From: Gammaproteobacteria bacterium
Lineage (GTDB): Bacteria; Pseudomonadota; Gammaproteobacteria; Eutrophobiales; Eutrophobiaceae
Reading direction: 5' to 3'
Assembly: GCA_965221695.1 (NCBI GenBank)
Contig: OZ244905.1
Coordinates: forward strand, 2,304,001-2,368,000
Length of the DNA: 64,000 nt
This document shows positions 1 through 9,645 of the stretch, in pieces; positions within the stretch are counted from its first letter, which is position 1, and every line of letters begins with the position of its first letter. Both the position numbers and the translations under genes were made by a program. The notes beneath the pieces are model-generated. The model was not told the DNA's origin. It saw nothing but the letters and a program-made list of their open reading frames with translations, and did no database searches.

Positions 1-188
1 AGACACTCGATGATGTGGAATATGCCACCTTGGAATGGGTGGATTGGTTCAATCATCGTCGTTTGCTGGCGCCGCTCGGCAATGTGCCGCCGGCTGAATA
101 TGAACAGATGTACTATGATGAAATTAACCGGTCATGCATAGCCGCATGACTCAAACTAACGAGTCTCCGGGATTCCCGGGGCGGTTCA
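1..188 (+). mobile_element. Right end of IS3-family (IS51/IS629-like) insertion sequence, truncated by window start
   Basis: Frame from 3 to TGA at 147-149 reads TLDDVEYATLEWVDWFNHRRLLAPLGNVPPAEYE, the typical C-terminus of an IS3 OrfB transposase. It is followed by ...CCCGGGGCGGTTCA (ending at 188), whose reverse complement TGAACCGCCCCGGG is an IS629-like terminal repeat. Confidence 0.9.
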
Positions 189-197
189 GCTATAGAG

Positions 198-500
198 CTA
201 AGCAGCCTCCTGTCTTGGTTTTACCTGCTTGGCAATGTCCTTGCCCGATTCCAGTTCGGCCACCCGCAATTCATAGGCGTTTTGCAGGTTCAGCCAAACC
301 TGCGGGGTCGTATTGAGATAGCGGGCCAGCCGCAGCGCCGTGTCGGCAGTAATTCCCCGCCGGCCTCTCAATATGTCTGAAATCCGGTTTTGAGGCACAC
401 CCAGTTCTCGGGCAATCGCCTTGGCCGACATGCCCAGTTCATCCAGTTCTTCACGCAAAATCTCACCGGGGTGTACCGGCCGCATACTATTCTTAATCAT
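198..500 (-). CDS. higA: HigA-family addiction module antitoxin (XRE HTH)
   Basis: HPGEIL...ITADTALRLARY...WLNLQ signature; directly downstream of higB. Confidence 0.92.
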   Translation of the reverse strand: MIKNSMRPVHPGEILREELDELGMSAKAIARELGVPQNRISDILRGRRGITADTALRLARYLNTTPQVWLNLQNAYELRVAELESGKDIAKQVKPRQEAA

Positions 501-513
501 GTATTCATTCTCG

Positions 514-792
514 TCAGTGATAATCGACTACCTCAACGTCACAGGGACCCTCGTCTTCCCAACGGAAACAGATCCGCCATTGTCGGTTGATTCGGATACT
601 GTATTGTCCAGTCCGGCTGCCGGACAACAATTCCAGCCGGTTGCTCCGCAGTCCCGCTAAATCCTGCAGCGATTCTGCGTTGTCCAAAAAGGTCAGCCGG
701 CGCGTTGCCTGATCAGCAAACCCATGGAAAGTCTTCACTCTTTGGCCGCCGAAAAACCGTTCCGTCTTTGAATCCTTGAAACTCCGAATCAT
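514..792 (-). CDS. higB: HigB/RelE-family toxin (plasmid maintenance killer type)
   Basis: MIRSFK...SNRLELLSG...YSIRINRQWRICFRW...VEVVDYH; toxin-first gene order. Confidence 0.92.
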   Translation of the reverse strand: MIRSFKDSKTERFFGGQRVKTFHGFADQATRRLTFLDNAESLQDLAGLRSNRLELLSGSRTGQYSIRINRQWRICFRWEDEGPCDVEVVDYH

Positions 793-906
793 GGGTTGGA
801 ATTATAGCCGGTAATACGGGATATGTATATGCTATAAATCCATGCTTTCAGCAGGAGAAGGAGGAAAGGGTGTTGCAAAATACAATTGCTATTGTACAAA
901 TGTCTA

Positions 907-1110
907 ATGAATGTGATTGCAGATACAAACATCATTTTAGCCGTAGCGCTTTATGAGCCAGAAAAAGATAGGATTGTCAGACTGACTGCTGAAGTAGAAG
1001 CACTCGCGCCGGAAATATTACCCAATGAAATTGGCAATGCGTTAAATGCGATGATCAAGCAAAAACGATTGACACGAGAGGAGGCCTGTTCCGCTATACG
1101 AAGTAAGACC
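907..1110 (+). pseudogene. Truncated PIN-domain (VapC-like) toxin fragment
   Basis: ATG at 907: MNVIADTNIILAV...APEILPNEIGNAL...KRLT matches a PIN N-terminus. Similarity is lost after ~65 codons, where the frame runs into the convergent aminotransferase. No antitoxin is seen upstream. Confidence 0.6.
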
Positions 1111-1115
1111 GGCCG

Positions 1116-2294
1116 TTATCGTAGTATCACCTGCAACCCGTTAACCAGTCTTTGTATGCCTTCTTCCATGGTTGACGGGTCCAGTGCGCCGTAGGAAATT
1201 CTCAGGTAGCACCCATCTTCCATGCCGAAGGCGCTGCCTGGGATTGTCGCTATGCGGAATTCCCGGATCAGGCGTTCGACGATTTCCATATCGGGCAAGT
1301 CGGTATTGAGACGCAGGAATACGTAAAGTGCGCCGTCGGATCGTATATCATCTGTGACGCAGTCCAGCTTCTGCAACTCATTGAGTACAAACCTGCGATT
1401 GGCGGCAATCTGTTCGATCTGTTGGTCACAGTATTGACGGCCGGCCTGCAGCGCGCCGATGGCTGCATATTGTGACGCCAGTGGTGGGCAGATCAGGTTG
1501 GTGTCCTGTACTTTACGTACGGCGGCGCGCAAATGGGCAGGGATCAGCATATAGCCGACGCGCCAGGATGAAAAACCGTATGCCTTGGACAGGGAAAACA
1601 GGGATATCGTGTGCTGGTTTGATGCGTCCATGCAGGCTGGTGAGAAGGCCCGCCGGCTATCATAAACGAAGTATTCGTAGGCTTCGTCATGGATGTGATA
1701 GATCCCCCGTTCGCGGCAGAGTGTATTGATTGCCCGCAGCGTTGCTTCCGGGTAGACCGCGCCGCTGGGATTATTGGGCGAGACGGTGACGACTGCGGCG
1801 GTGCGCGGGGTGATCGCCGCTTGTACGACTTCCGGGTCAAGCTGGAATTGCCGGTCTGTCGGTACGGAGACAGGCACACAATTCAGCATTTTTGCAGCCA
1901 TTTTATGGTTGAAGTAATATGGGGTCGGCAATATTATCTCTGCGCCCGGGTCGGTAATGGCAAACAGCGCATTCAGGAATCCCATGTTGGCGCCGGCTGT
2001 GACTACCAAGCGCCGATCAGCGCCGATGTTAACCCGGTTTTCTTCAGCCAGCTTGCGCGTCAGTATCGTGAGCAGTTCCGGGATGCCTTCCACCGGACCG
2101 TAGAGCTGGTTCAGCTTGTCGGCATGCTCGAGCATGTTGCGCAGTGCCGCCTCCGGCGGCCCATAACAGACGACGCCTTGCCCCAGGGAAATCGTCCCCG
2201 GCGTCTCCCTGATGAGGTCGGCGACCAGGGGCACCACGGGGGACTGGACCGCGTCCATTCTCCGGCTGTCTTTTGTAGGGAGGTTATTTTGCAT
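1116..2294 (-). CDS. PLP-dependent aminotransferase class I/II
   Basis: ISLGQG, SPNNPSG, DEAYE, SLSKAYG..WRVG motifs; start codon uncertain. Confidence 0.92.
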   Translation of the reverse strand: MQNNLPTKDSRRMDAVQSPVVPLVADLIRETPGTISLGQGVVCYGPPEAALRNMLEHADKLNQLYGPVEGIPELLTILTRKLAEENRVNIGADRRLVVTAGANMGFLNALFAITDPGAEIILPTPYYFNHKMAAKMLNCVPVSVPTDRQFQLDPEVVQAAITPRTAAVVTVSPNNPSGAVYPEATLRAINTLCRERGIYHIHDEAYEYFVYDSRRAFSPACMDASNQHTISLFSLSKAYGFSSWRVGYMLIPAHLRAAVRKVQDTNLICPPLASQYAAIGALQAGRQYCDQQIEQIAANRRFVLNELQKLDCVTDDIRSDGALYVFLRLNTDLPDMEIVERLIREFRIATIPGSAFGMEDGCYLRISYGALDPSTMEEGIQRLVNGLQVILR

Positions 2295-2401
2295 GCTTCA
2301 TGTAGCGCTTCTCAATTCGCCCTCAATTGTTCAAAAATTTCCCAAACTGTCTATACGAAATTAATTTTGCAGTGTAAATCTTACTAACTGAATTACTTAC
2401 G

Positions 2402-2504
2402 CCCCATACCATTCCCGTGTAAACGGGAATCCAGTGGAACAAAGGGTTGCCCTCAGGGCAACACAGTATTTGACTGGACTCCCGCTGTTGCGGGAGTGGT
2501 ACGG
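2402..2504. repeat. Single REP-doublet unit (three hairpins)
   Basis: CCATTCCCG-n-CGGGAATCCAG, central TTGCCCTCAGGGCAAC, CTGGACTCCCG-n-CGGGAGTGG; same family as the four clusters downstream. Confidence 0.85.
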
Positions 2505-2615
2505 AGGAATGCCCTGACATGTGCCTATATTTACATGCAATCGGGGCGTGCAGAGTCTGATCATGAGGGTTTCGGTTAGCTGAAAATGATGACCTGCGGA
2601 ATGGCGGCAAATCGA

Positions 2616-3335
2616 TTAACATTTCTTGATACTTGGCATTTCATCCCAGGTCCTGCCGTCCAGGGTGCGACCGGTGCGTTTCTTGATTACGCCGCCCCAT
2701 TGTTTGAAAAAGAAGGGCACACTTGTTTGCAGGCAGTTATCACGAACTTCCCTTACCCAGTCTGCTTCGATGGGCCTCGCTCCCGGTCCGGATTCTCCTC
2801 CGAGTATCACCCAATCAATGCCTTCCAAGGGTAAAACCGGCAATTTTTCCAGTAATGGTTCGAGGGACAGGAATTTGATTGCCGCGTCGGTATTTTTCAG
2901 CTTCTCAAGACGAGGCAACCAACGTTCCGATTCAATACTTACGCCAAGCCAAATATTTGGTGTCCAGTTTAATGTATCATTCAATTGATTGACTCGGTCT
3001 GGCCGTTTTGTAAGTACCTGAAATGTGTGCAGTGGCGAGCGGTTCATCGTATCGAATACTGCTTTGATGAATTCCGGTGGTACAGCTTTATGGAACAGGT
3101 CCGACATTGAGTTGACGAAAACGAGCCGTGGCTTAACCCATTTCAACGGTTCTTCCAAGCTTGAAGCGTGAGTAGTAACCGTAAATCCGTTACGGTATTT
3201 TTTCGTCCCCATGCTCTGTAACCGTTTTGCCATACGTTCCGCATAGCAATGTTTGCATCCATGACTGATTTTTGTACAACCGGTCACAGGATTCCAGGTG
3301 ATCTCAGTCCATTCGATTGAAGAGAGTGTTGACAT
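2616..3335 (-). CDS. DUF5131 / phage Gp37-Gp68 family radical-SAM-like protein
   Basis: [27 protein letters not shown] (Cx6CxxC), [34 protein letters not shown]. Confidence 0.92.
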   Translation of the reverse strand: MSTLSSIEWTEITWNPVTGCTKISHGCKHCYAERMAKRLQSMGTKKYRNGFTVTTHASSLEEPLKWVKPRLVFVNSMSDLFHKAVPPEFIKAVFDTMNRSPLHTFQVLTKRPDRVNQLNDTLNWTPNIWLGVSIESERWLPRLEKLKNTDAAIKFLSLEPLLEKLPVLPLEGIDWVILGGESGPGARPIEADWVREVRDNCLQTSVPFFFKQWGGVIKKRTGRTLDGRTWDEMPSIKKC

Positions 3336-3337
3336 GA

Positions 3338-4219
3338 CTAAAATCCGGATGAGTCAATAATGTAACCAGCTATTTCTTTTGCTATTGGCGCCCCTCTTTG
3401 ATGTCCTGCGCAAAAAATGAATTCAAATAATGGGGAGCCTTTACCAGTTTTCAGCGTCTTGGATTTTGGCATAAGTCTTGTGCCAAACAACCTAGCCAGA
3501 TTCTCCTTATAAATAGATAATAAACCGTTAACCCCAGTGGTTCGGATATATCCGGAGTGATTGAACATGTCTTCTTGAGGGTTTTGTTGATACAGGTGAC
3601 GCCAACTCTCGTTACCGAAGATACTATTGAGACGATCAACCCATCTCGAGTCAATTTCATCTGGCTCTCGTGATAGGGGCAAAATACGCGCAATAGCCGA
3701 TACCGGAAAAAGTAGCCAGGTATCCAAGGCCTCAAAGTGTGCTATCTTCTCTATGGTAGACCATTCAACCTCAGTCGCAAATGGATCAAGGAATAGAACA
3801 CCCCGCCACTTCTGCCAATCTATCTGGAGGTCTTGGAGGCAGATATTTGCGTCTGATTGTTTTACAGTAATCTCCCGCTCTGAATATTTTTCTCTGAGGT
3901 TTTGTAACTTACTGAATCGGCTGGGGCTTTTTTCGATAAAAATCAATTTGTCGAAAGGCCTATTTTCAATCGTTATAGCTCTAGTCGCGGAGCCGGCAAT
4001 AAAGTCATCTGCGTCCTGTTTGTCGCCGTCGGGATTGATATAGCCAGTCCCGGCAAAAGCATCAATGTATACCAGTTTGAACGGTGTATTTTTCAGTGCG
4101 GTGGTATAGGCATCAAGATATTGTTCAAGTATTTCCAGTTTCTGAAAAGTCCATTGCCCACCATAATCGTCCGCTCTTGGTTCACTTATTTTTTCCAACA
4201 CTTTATTCTCCTTGTACAT
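3338..4219 (-). CDS. tcmP: Three-Cys-motif partner protein (TcmP, methyltransferase-like fold)
   Basis: [27 protein letters not shown] motifs; immediately upstream of DUF5131. Confidence 0.85.
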   Translation of the reverse strand: MYKENKVLEKISEPRADDYGGQWTFQKLEILEQYLDAYTTALKNTPFKLVYIDAFAGTGYINPDGDKQDADDFIAGSATRAITIENRPFDKLIFIEKSPSRFSKLQNLREKYSEREITVKQSDANICLQDLQIDWQKWRGVLFLDPFATEVEWSTIEKIAHFEALDTWLLFPVSAIARILPLSREPDEIDSRWVDRLNSIFGNESWRHLYQQNPQEDMFNHSGYIRTTGVNGLLSIYKENLARLFGTRLMPKSKTLKTGKGSPLFEFIFCAGHQRGAPIAKEIAGYIIDSSGF

Positions 4220-4246
4220 TCCATAGGTTACTTCCGGCAGTTAAAA

Positions 4247-4558
4247 TTAATGGCCGGTTTTGGTGTTTGCAGCCACCTTCAGGAGTTCCACCAGTTGCTG
4301 TTTGGCGTCGGGGTCGGTGATCGCGGACAGCGCCTGGTTGAACAGTTTTACCTTTTGATCGTGTTCGTCCAGTAATTTTTCCAGTTTCAGGCTTTCCGCG
4401 ATGCCGGGTTCGCCGCCGGTCTTGTATTTTTCATCCAGGGCCTGCAACAGGGTGAAATACGCATCCTTGCTGGCGCTCATGGACTGGTATGCTTGCCAGG
4501 CAGCCGCGGCGTCCGGTTTGAGATCAGCGGTGACCGGTTCGTCAGGCGGCCTGTTCAA
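4247..4558 (-). CDS. Hypothetical helical protein
   Basis: 103-aa ORF overlapping the fba stop and co-oriented; host-like codon usage. Confidence 0.6.
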   Translation of the reverse strand: MNRPPDEPVTADLKPDAAAAWQAYQSMSASKDAYFTLLQALDEKYKTGGEPGIAESLKLEKLLDEHDQKVKLFNQALSAITDPDAKQQLVELLKVAANTKTGH

Positions 4559-5570
4559 GCGAGTCCGAGTATTGTCCCAGGCAAGCCAGGCTGTTGCATT
4601 TTTCCCGGTGCAGCAGGGCAGTTTGCGCGGCGCCGAAGTTTGCCGGTTTGCCAGCCCAGGTCTTCAGGCAAGGCTCTTGCAGGGCGCGCCCGTAGGAGAA
4701 GCTCAGCGGCCAGGGCAGGCTGTCGTAATTCCGGTTCATTTCATTCAGGTGGGCCGTTGCCAGGGTCGCGCTCTGTCCGCCGGACAGGAATACGATACCT
4801 GCCAATGACGCGGGCACCGTGTTCAACAGGCACCGCACCGTTTTTTCCGCGACCTCTTGTACACCCGCCTGGACCGCACACTTTTTACCCGATATGACCA
4901 TGTTGGTCTTCAGGATGGTATGTTCCAGCGCCACACGTTGGTCAAAGAGCTCGTTGAAGACCGTTCTCAGGGTCTTGTCCGTGGCCCAGTAGCAGACATC
5001 GATGTCGTTGTCGGCATCCATCAGCACTTCCGGTTCCACCATGGGCACAATACCTGCTTCCTGGCATAACGCCGCATAGCGGGCCAGGGCATGGGCATTG
5101 GCTTCGATACATCCGTTGCTGGGGATATGGTCGCCGATGGTGATCACGGCGCGCCACTTGGCAAACCTCGCGCCCAATTCGCGGTATTCGGCCAGCCGAT
5201 CACGCAAGCCGTCAAGACCTTCCGTCACTTTCTCCCCGGGATGTCCCGCGAGGTCCTTCGCTCCCTTGTCCACCTTGATGCCGGGCATAATGCCATTTTC
5301 AATCATGACCTGCGGGAACGGTACGCCGTCCCGGGTCTTCTGCCGTAACGTTTCGTCGAACAGGATCATGCCGCTGATAAACTCCTGACCGCCGGGCGCC
5401 GTGATCAGCAACTCCCGGTAGGCGCGCCGGTTTTCCTCGGTGGATTCGACACTGATCGTGTCGAAGCGTTTTTTTATCGTCGGCAGGCTCTCGTCTATCG
5501 CGAGAATGCCTTTGCCTGGCGCCACCATCGCGGCTGCCGTTTGCGCCAACTGTTCGGTCATATCAGTCAT
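4542..5570 (-). CDS. fba: Class I fructose-bisphosphate aldolase (Glycolytic family)
   Basis: GKGILAIDES, FAKWRAV, VEPEVL, FLSGGQS, FSYGRALQ. Confidence 0.95.
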   Translation of the reverse strand: MTDMTEQLAQTAAAMVAPGKGILAIDESLPTIKKRFDTISVESTEENRRAYRELLITAPGGQEFISGMILFDETLRQKTRDGVPFPQVMIENGIMPGIKVDKGAKDLAGHPGEKVTEGLDGLRDRLAEYRELGARFAKWRAVITIGDHIPSNGCIEANAHALARYAALCQEAGIVPMVEPEVLMDADNDIDVCYWATDKTLRTVFNELFDQRVALEHTILKTNMVISGKKCAVQAGVQEVAEKTVRCLLNTVPASLAGIVFLSGGQSATLATAHLNEMNRNYDSLPWPLSFSYGRALQEPCLKTWAGKPANFGAAQTALLHREKCNSLACLGQYSDSLEQAA

Positions 5571-5641
5571 TCAGAATAACTCCTGTGGTTGAAAGAGTAC
5601 TGGTTCACAAGTCGTAATGGTAAAGTGGGCAGGGACAATTT

Positions 5642-7078
5642 TCAAATTTCGGTTCTATCTCCCACCTCAATGATTTTCAGGTTGTTGGTGCCGCCCCGCC
5701 GGCCTCTCAGGTCGCCTTTGGTGATAAGCACAATATCACCTTCACTGACCAATTTGCGCCGCAGCAGGATGTCGACCATTTCCTGGTTGGCTTCCAGCGG
5801 GTCCGTATGCGTAATGTCAAATTGTACGGGATAAACACCCCGGTACAATCTTACCCTGCGCATGGTTGTTGCGTGGCGGGTAAATGCCATGATGGGAATC
5901 CCGGAACTGATGCGCGACATCCACAAGCAGGTTGACCCGGTCTCCGTCAGGGCTGCAATGGCTGTCGCCTTGATGTGGTTTGCGGCATACATCGCAGACA
6001 TCGCAATGGCCTCGTCCACGCGTTTGAACTCCTGGCTGATGCGGTGGTGCGATTCCCGGGTTTCCTTCTGTTTTTCCGTTTCCTCGCAAATACGCGCCAT
6101 GGCCTGAACGACCCGGTCCGGGAACATGCCGATGCTGGTTTCGCCTGACAACATCACGGCGTCGGTTCCATCCAGGATCGCATTGGCCACGTCGAACACT
6201 TCGGCGCGGGTGGGAATCGGGTTGTAGATCATCGATTCCATCATCTGCGTGGCGGTGATCACGGGGCGGTCCATGTCCTGGGCCAGTTTGATGAGTTTTT
6301 TCTGGACCGGGGGCAGGGCCGCATCGCCGATTTCGACGCCCAGGTCGCCGCGGGCGATCATGATGGCGTCGGCCGCCTCGATAATTTCCTCGGCGTTATT
6401 CAGCGCCTCCACCCGTTCGAACTTTGCGATGATTCCTGCATTCGAGCCCGCCTCATCCAGCAGCGTGCGCGCCTGTTCGATGTCGCCGGCATTACAGACA
6501 AATGAGATGGCGAAATAATCGACGCCAATCTCGACCCCGTGTTGCAGGTCCTTGCGATCTTTCCGGGTCAGTGCGCCGGCGGAAAGGCCACCGCCTTTCA
6601 GGTTGATGCCTTTGTTGTCCGACAGTTTTCCTCCCACGACTACCCTGCAGTGTACCTGTGCCTTCACCAGGTTGATCACCTCCAGGACGATGCGACCGTC
6701 GTCGATGAGCAGGATATCGCCGGGATTGACGTCCTGCGCCAGCGCACGGTACGTGACGCCTACCTGCTTATCATCGCCCGCAGTATCCGGTAAGGACGGA
6801 TCGAGGATGAACTCGTCTCTGTCATGCAGCAGAATAGCGCCGTCCTTAAATCGTTTAAGCCTGATCTTGGGGCCTTGCAAATCGGCTATCAGGCCGATCT
6901 CGATACCTTGACTGGCGCTGATTTCCTTCAGCGCCTGCGCCCGTTCCTTGTGCTCCAGGTGGGTCTGGTGAGAATAATTGATCCGGAACAGGTCCACACC
7001 GGCCTCAACCATGTGTTCCAGCATCTCCGGCCTGTCGGTGGCCGGTCCCATGGTGGCTATAATCTTTGTTCTGCGCAT
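5642..7078 (-). CDS. pyk: Pyruvate kinase
   Basis: RRTKIIATMGP, DLQGPKIR, MIARGDLGVE, ATQMMESM, DAVMLSGET. Confidence 0.97.
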   Translation of the reverse strand: MRRTKIIATMGPATDRPEMLEHMVEAGVDLFRINYSHQTHLEHKERAQALKEISASQGIEIGLIADLQGPKIRLKRFKDGAILLHDRDEFILDPSLPDTAGDDKQVGVTYRALAQDVNPGDILLIDDGRIVLEVINLVKAQVHCRVVVGGKLSDNKGINLKGGGLSAGALTRKDRKDLQHGVEIGVDYFAISFVCNAGDIEQARTLLDEAGSNAGIIAKFERVEALNNAEEIIEAADAIMIARGDLGVEIGDAALPPVQKKLIKLAQDMDRPVITATQMMESMIYNPIPTRAEVFDVANAILDGTDAVMLSGETSIGMFPDRVVQAMARICEETEKQKETRESHHRISQEFKRVDEAIAMSAMYAANHIKATAIAALTETGSTCLWMSRISSGIPIMAFTRHATTMRRVRLYRGVYPVQFDITHTDPLEANQEMVDILLRRKLVSEGDIVLITKGDLRGRRGGTNNLKIIEVGDRTEI

Positions 7079-7100
7079 TTCTTATTGGTATAATCAGCGT

Positions 7101-7319
7101 ATGTCTATAATGATATCTGAATTGTATGATGCCCTGACTGAAGCCGGGGCAAGTGAAGACGCTGCGCGCAAGGCCGCGCAAGCGGTTGCAGACACTGAAA
7201 GCCGTTTGGGAAGCATTGAGGCAGAGATGAAGATTATCAGAGAGGAGCTCAGGATAGTGAAATGGGCTTTGGTTCTTCTGGTCGCTTCCCATTTCGCCCT
7301 GTTTGCAAAAATCTGGTAA
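7101..7319 (+). CDS. Small coiled-coil + TM protein (DUF1640/CCDC90-like)
   Basis: MSIMISELYDALTEAGASEDAARKAAQAVA...ELRIVKWALVLLVASHFALFAKIW; fills the pgk-pyk gap on the opposite strand. Confidence 0.65.
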   Translation: MSIMISELYDALTEAGASEDAARKAAQAVADTESRLGSIEAEMKIIREELRIVKWALVLLVASHFALFAKIW

Positions 7320-7341
7320 GCCAGATACGCGGTAATATTCA

Positions 7342-8535
7342 TTATCTGTTTCTCATTGCCTCCTCAAGTACCGCGACTGCGGGCAGCGTTTTGCCTTCCA
7401 GCAGTTCCAGGAATGCCCCGCCGCCGGTAGAGATACAGGAAATGCCGTCTGCGACGCCGAATCGGGTGATAGCGGACACGGTATCGCCACCTCCGGCAAT
7501 GGATAATGCCGGGCTTGCGGCAATCGCTCGCGCCAGCGAAGCGGTGCCGGATGAGAACTGATCGATCTCGAAAACCCCCAAAGGCCCGTTCCACAGGATC
7601 GTGGCAGAGGAACGGATGATCCTGTCATTCTCCGCAATGGTCCGGGGACCCACATCCACTATCAGGTCATTTGGTTCGACTTGCGCCAGGGTCTTGACTT
7701 GCGCTGCGGCATCCTGCGCCAGGGTCTTCGCGCAGACCACGTCTTCCGGCAGGGGGATTTCTTTGTCATGGTCCCGGGCATAGGCAAGAATGTCCGCCGC
7801 GGCGCCGACCAGGTCCTGTTCATAAAGTGAATTGCCGATAGGCTGGCCGGCGGCTTTCAGGAACGTGTTCGCAATCCCGCCGCCGACGATTAAGCGGTCC
7901 ACCTGTTTGATCAGGTTCTCCAGAACCAGCAGCTTGGTGGAAACCTTGGCGCCGCCGACAATGGCCGTCATAGGGCGCGCAGGCTGTTCCAGCGCTTTCG
8001 TCAGCATCTCTATCTCGGCCAGCAGTAACGGGCCGGCGCAGGCGATGGGGGCATACCTGGCCACGCCGTGAGTTGACGCCTGGGCGCGATGCGCGGTGGC
8101 AAACGCATCATTCACGTAAATATCGCACAGGTTGGCCAGGCGTTTGGCAAGCCGGTCGCTGTTGCTGGTCTCTCCTGGCATGAACCGGATATTCTCCAGC
8201 ATAACGATTTCTCCGGGCTGTATTGAGACACCCTCCTCCCAGTCTGATACCAGGCGCACCTGCCGCTCCAACAGGGTGGAAACATGGTTGGCGACCGGGG
8301 CCAGGCTGAATTCGTCGTTAAATTGTCCTTCTTTCGGACGTCCCAGGTGCGAGATCAGGATCAGCGCGGCCGGTGCGGCCAGCAGACGTTCCAGTGTGGG
8401 CAGGCAGGCGCGTATGCGAGTGTCGTCCTGAATGACGCCGGCGCGCACCGGCACGTTGAAATCAGCGCGTATCAGGACTCGCTTGTTTGCCGGTTCCAGG
8501 TCATTGAGGGTAATGAACTCAGCGGGCATAATCAA
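7342..8535 (-). CDS. pgk: Phosphoglycerate kinase
   Basis: RADFNVP, SHLGRP, NDAFATAHR, GGAKVSTK, STGGGAFLE. Confidence 0.97.
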   Translation of the reverse strand: MIMPAEFITLNDLEPANKRVLIRADFNVPVRAGVIQDDTRIRACLPTLERLLAAPAALILISHLGRPKEGQFNDEFSLAPVANHVSTLLERQVRLVSDWEEGVSIQPGEIVMLENIRFMPGETSNSDRLAKRLANLCDIYVNDAFATAHRAQASTHGVARYAPIACAGPLLLAEIEMLTKALEQPARPMTAIVGGAKVSTKLLVLENLIKQVDRLIVGGGIANTFLKAAGQPIGNSLYEQDLVGAAADILAYARDHDKEIPLPEDVVCAKTLAQDAAAQVKTLAQVEPNDLIVDVGPRTIAENDRIIRSSATILWNGPLGVFEIDQFSSGTASLARAIAASPALSIAGGGDTVSAITRFGVADGISCISTGGGAFLELLEGKTLPAVAVLEEAMRNR

Positions 8536-8607
8536 CCATGGATAAACCTAACGTCGCCATCCGGGCTATTGTAGTGGTGCAAGATTACGCGAATATGAAT
8601 TTCCCGG

Positions 8608-9621
8608 CTAACCGGCATTCATCAGGGCAACAGTCGTATCCAGCATGCGGTTGGAAAATCCCCATTCGTTATCGTACCAGGCAACCACTTTTACCGTAGT
8701 CCCGTCTATGACCTTGGTCAACGACGCATCATAGGTTGCCGATGCCGGGTCGTGATTGAAATCGATGGAAACCAGCGGCGCGTTGTTACAGGCGAGAATG
8801 CCGTTCAGCGGGCCTTCCGCCGCGGCCTGCATCAGCTCATCGATCTCCTCGTGAGAGGTGGCGCGTGCCGCCTGGAACGACAGGTCCACCACAGAGACGT
8901 TGATGGTCGGCACGCGCACTGCATAGCCGTCCAGCTTGCCGTTGAGTTCCGGCAGCACCAGGCCGACCGCCGCCGCCGCGCCGGTCTTGGTCGGGATCAT
9001 GGATAAGGTGGCAGAGCGGGCGCGCCGCAAGTCTGAATGGTACACATCGCTCAATACCTGGTCGTTGGTGTACGCATGGATCGTGGTCATAATCCCGTTT
9101 ACAACGCCAATGTGATCATGCAGCACCTTAACCACCGGGGCCAGGCAGTTGGTGGTGCAGGAAGCATTCGAGATGACGGTATCCGTCTTTTTCAGGGTAC
9201 CGTGGTTGACACCGTAAACAATGGTCGCATCCACATCCTTGCCGCCGGGGGCGGAGATAATGACCTTTTTTGCGCCGCCTTGCAGGTGCGCGCCGGCCTT
9301 TGCCTTGCTCGCGAAAAATCCGGTGGATTCATGCACGACATCCACGCCCAGCTCACCCCAGGGCAGCTTTGCCGGGTCCCGTTCCGACAGGACGCGTATC
9401 CGGTCGCCGTTTACCAGCATGTAATCGCCGTCCACTTCCACCGTTCCGGGAAACTTGCCGTGCGCGGTATCGTAGCGGGTCAGGTGCGCGTTGGTCTCGG
9501 CATTGCCCAGGTCATTGACCGCGACGATGCGTATCTCGTCAGTGCGGCCGCTTTCATACAGCGCCCGCAAGATGTTTCTGCCAATTCTGCCGTAACCGTT
9601 GATTCCTATGTTTATAGTCAT
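8608..9621 (-). CDS. gap: Type I glyceraldehyde-3-phosphate dehydrogenase
   Basis: [29 protein letters not shown]. Confidence 0.97.
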   Translation of the reverse strand: MTINIGINGYGRIGRNILRALYESGRTDEIRIVAVNDLGNAETNAHLTRYDTAHGKFPGTVEVDGDYMLVNGDRIRVLSERDPAKLPWGELGVDVVHESTGFFASKAKAGAHLQGGAKKVIISAPGGKDVDATIVYGVNHGTLKKTDTVISNASCTTNCLAPVVKVLHDHIGVVNGIMTTIHAYTNDQVLSDVYHSDLRRARSATLSMIPTKTGAAAAVGLVLPELNGKLDGYAVRVPTINVSVVDLSFQAARATSHEEIDELMQAAAEGPLNGILACNNAPLVSIDFNHDPASATYDASLTKVIDGTTVKVVAWYDNEWGFSNRMLDTTVALMNAG

Positions 9622-9645
9622 TATGTATAGCTCCGGGTGTTGTGA

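Noticed and set aside
134-316. 60-aa + strand ORF
   Set aside because: Spans the IS terminal repeat and is antisense to higA.
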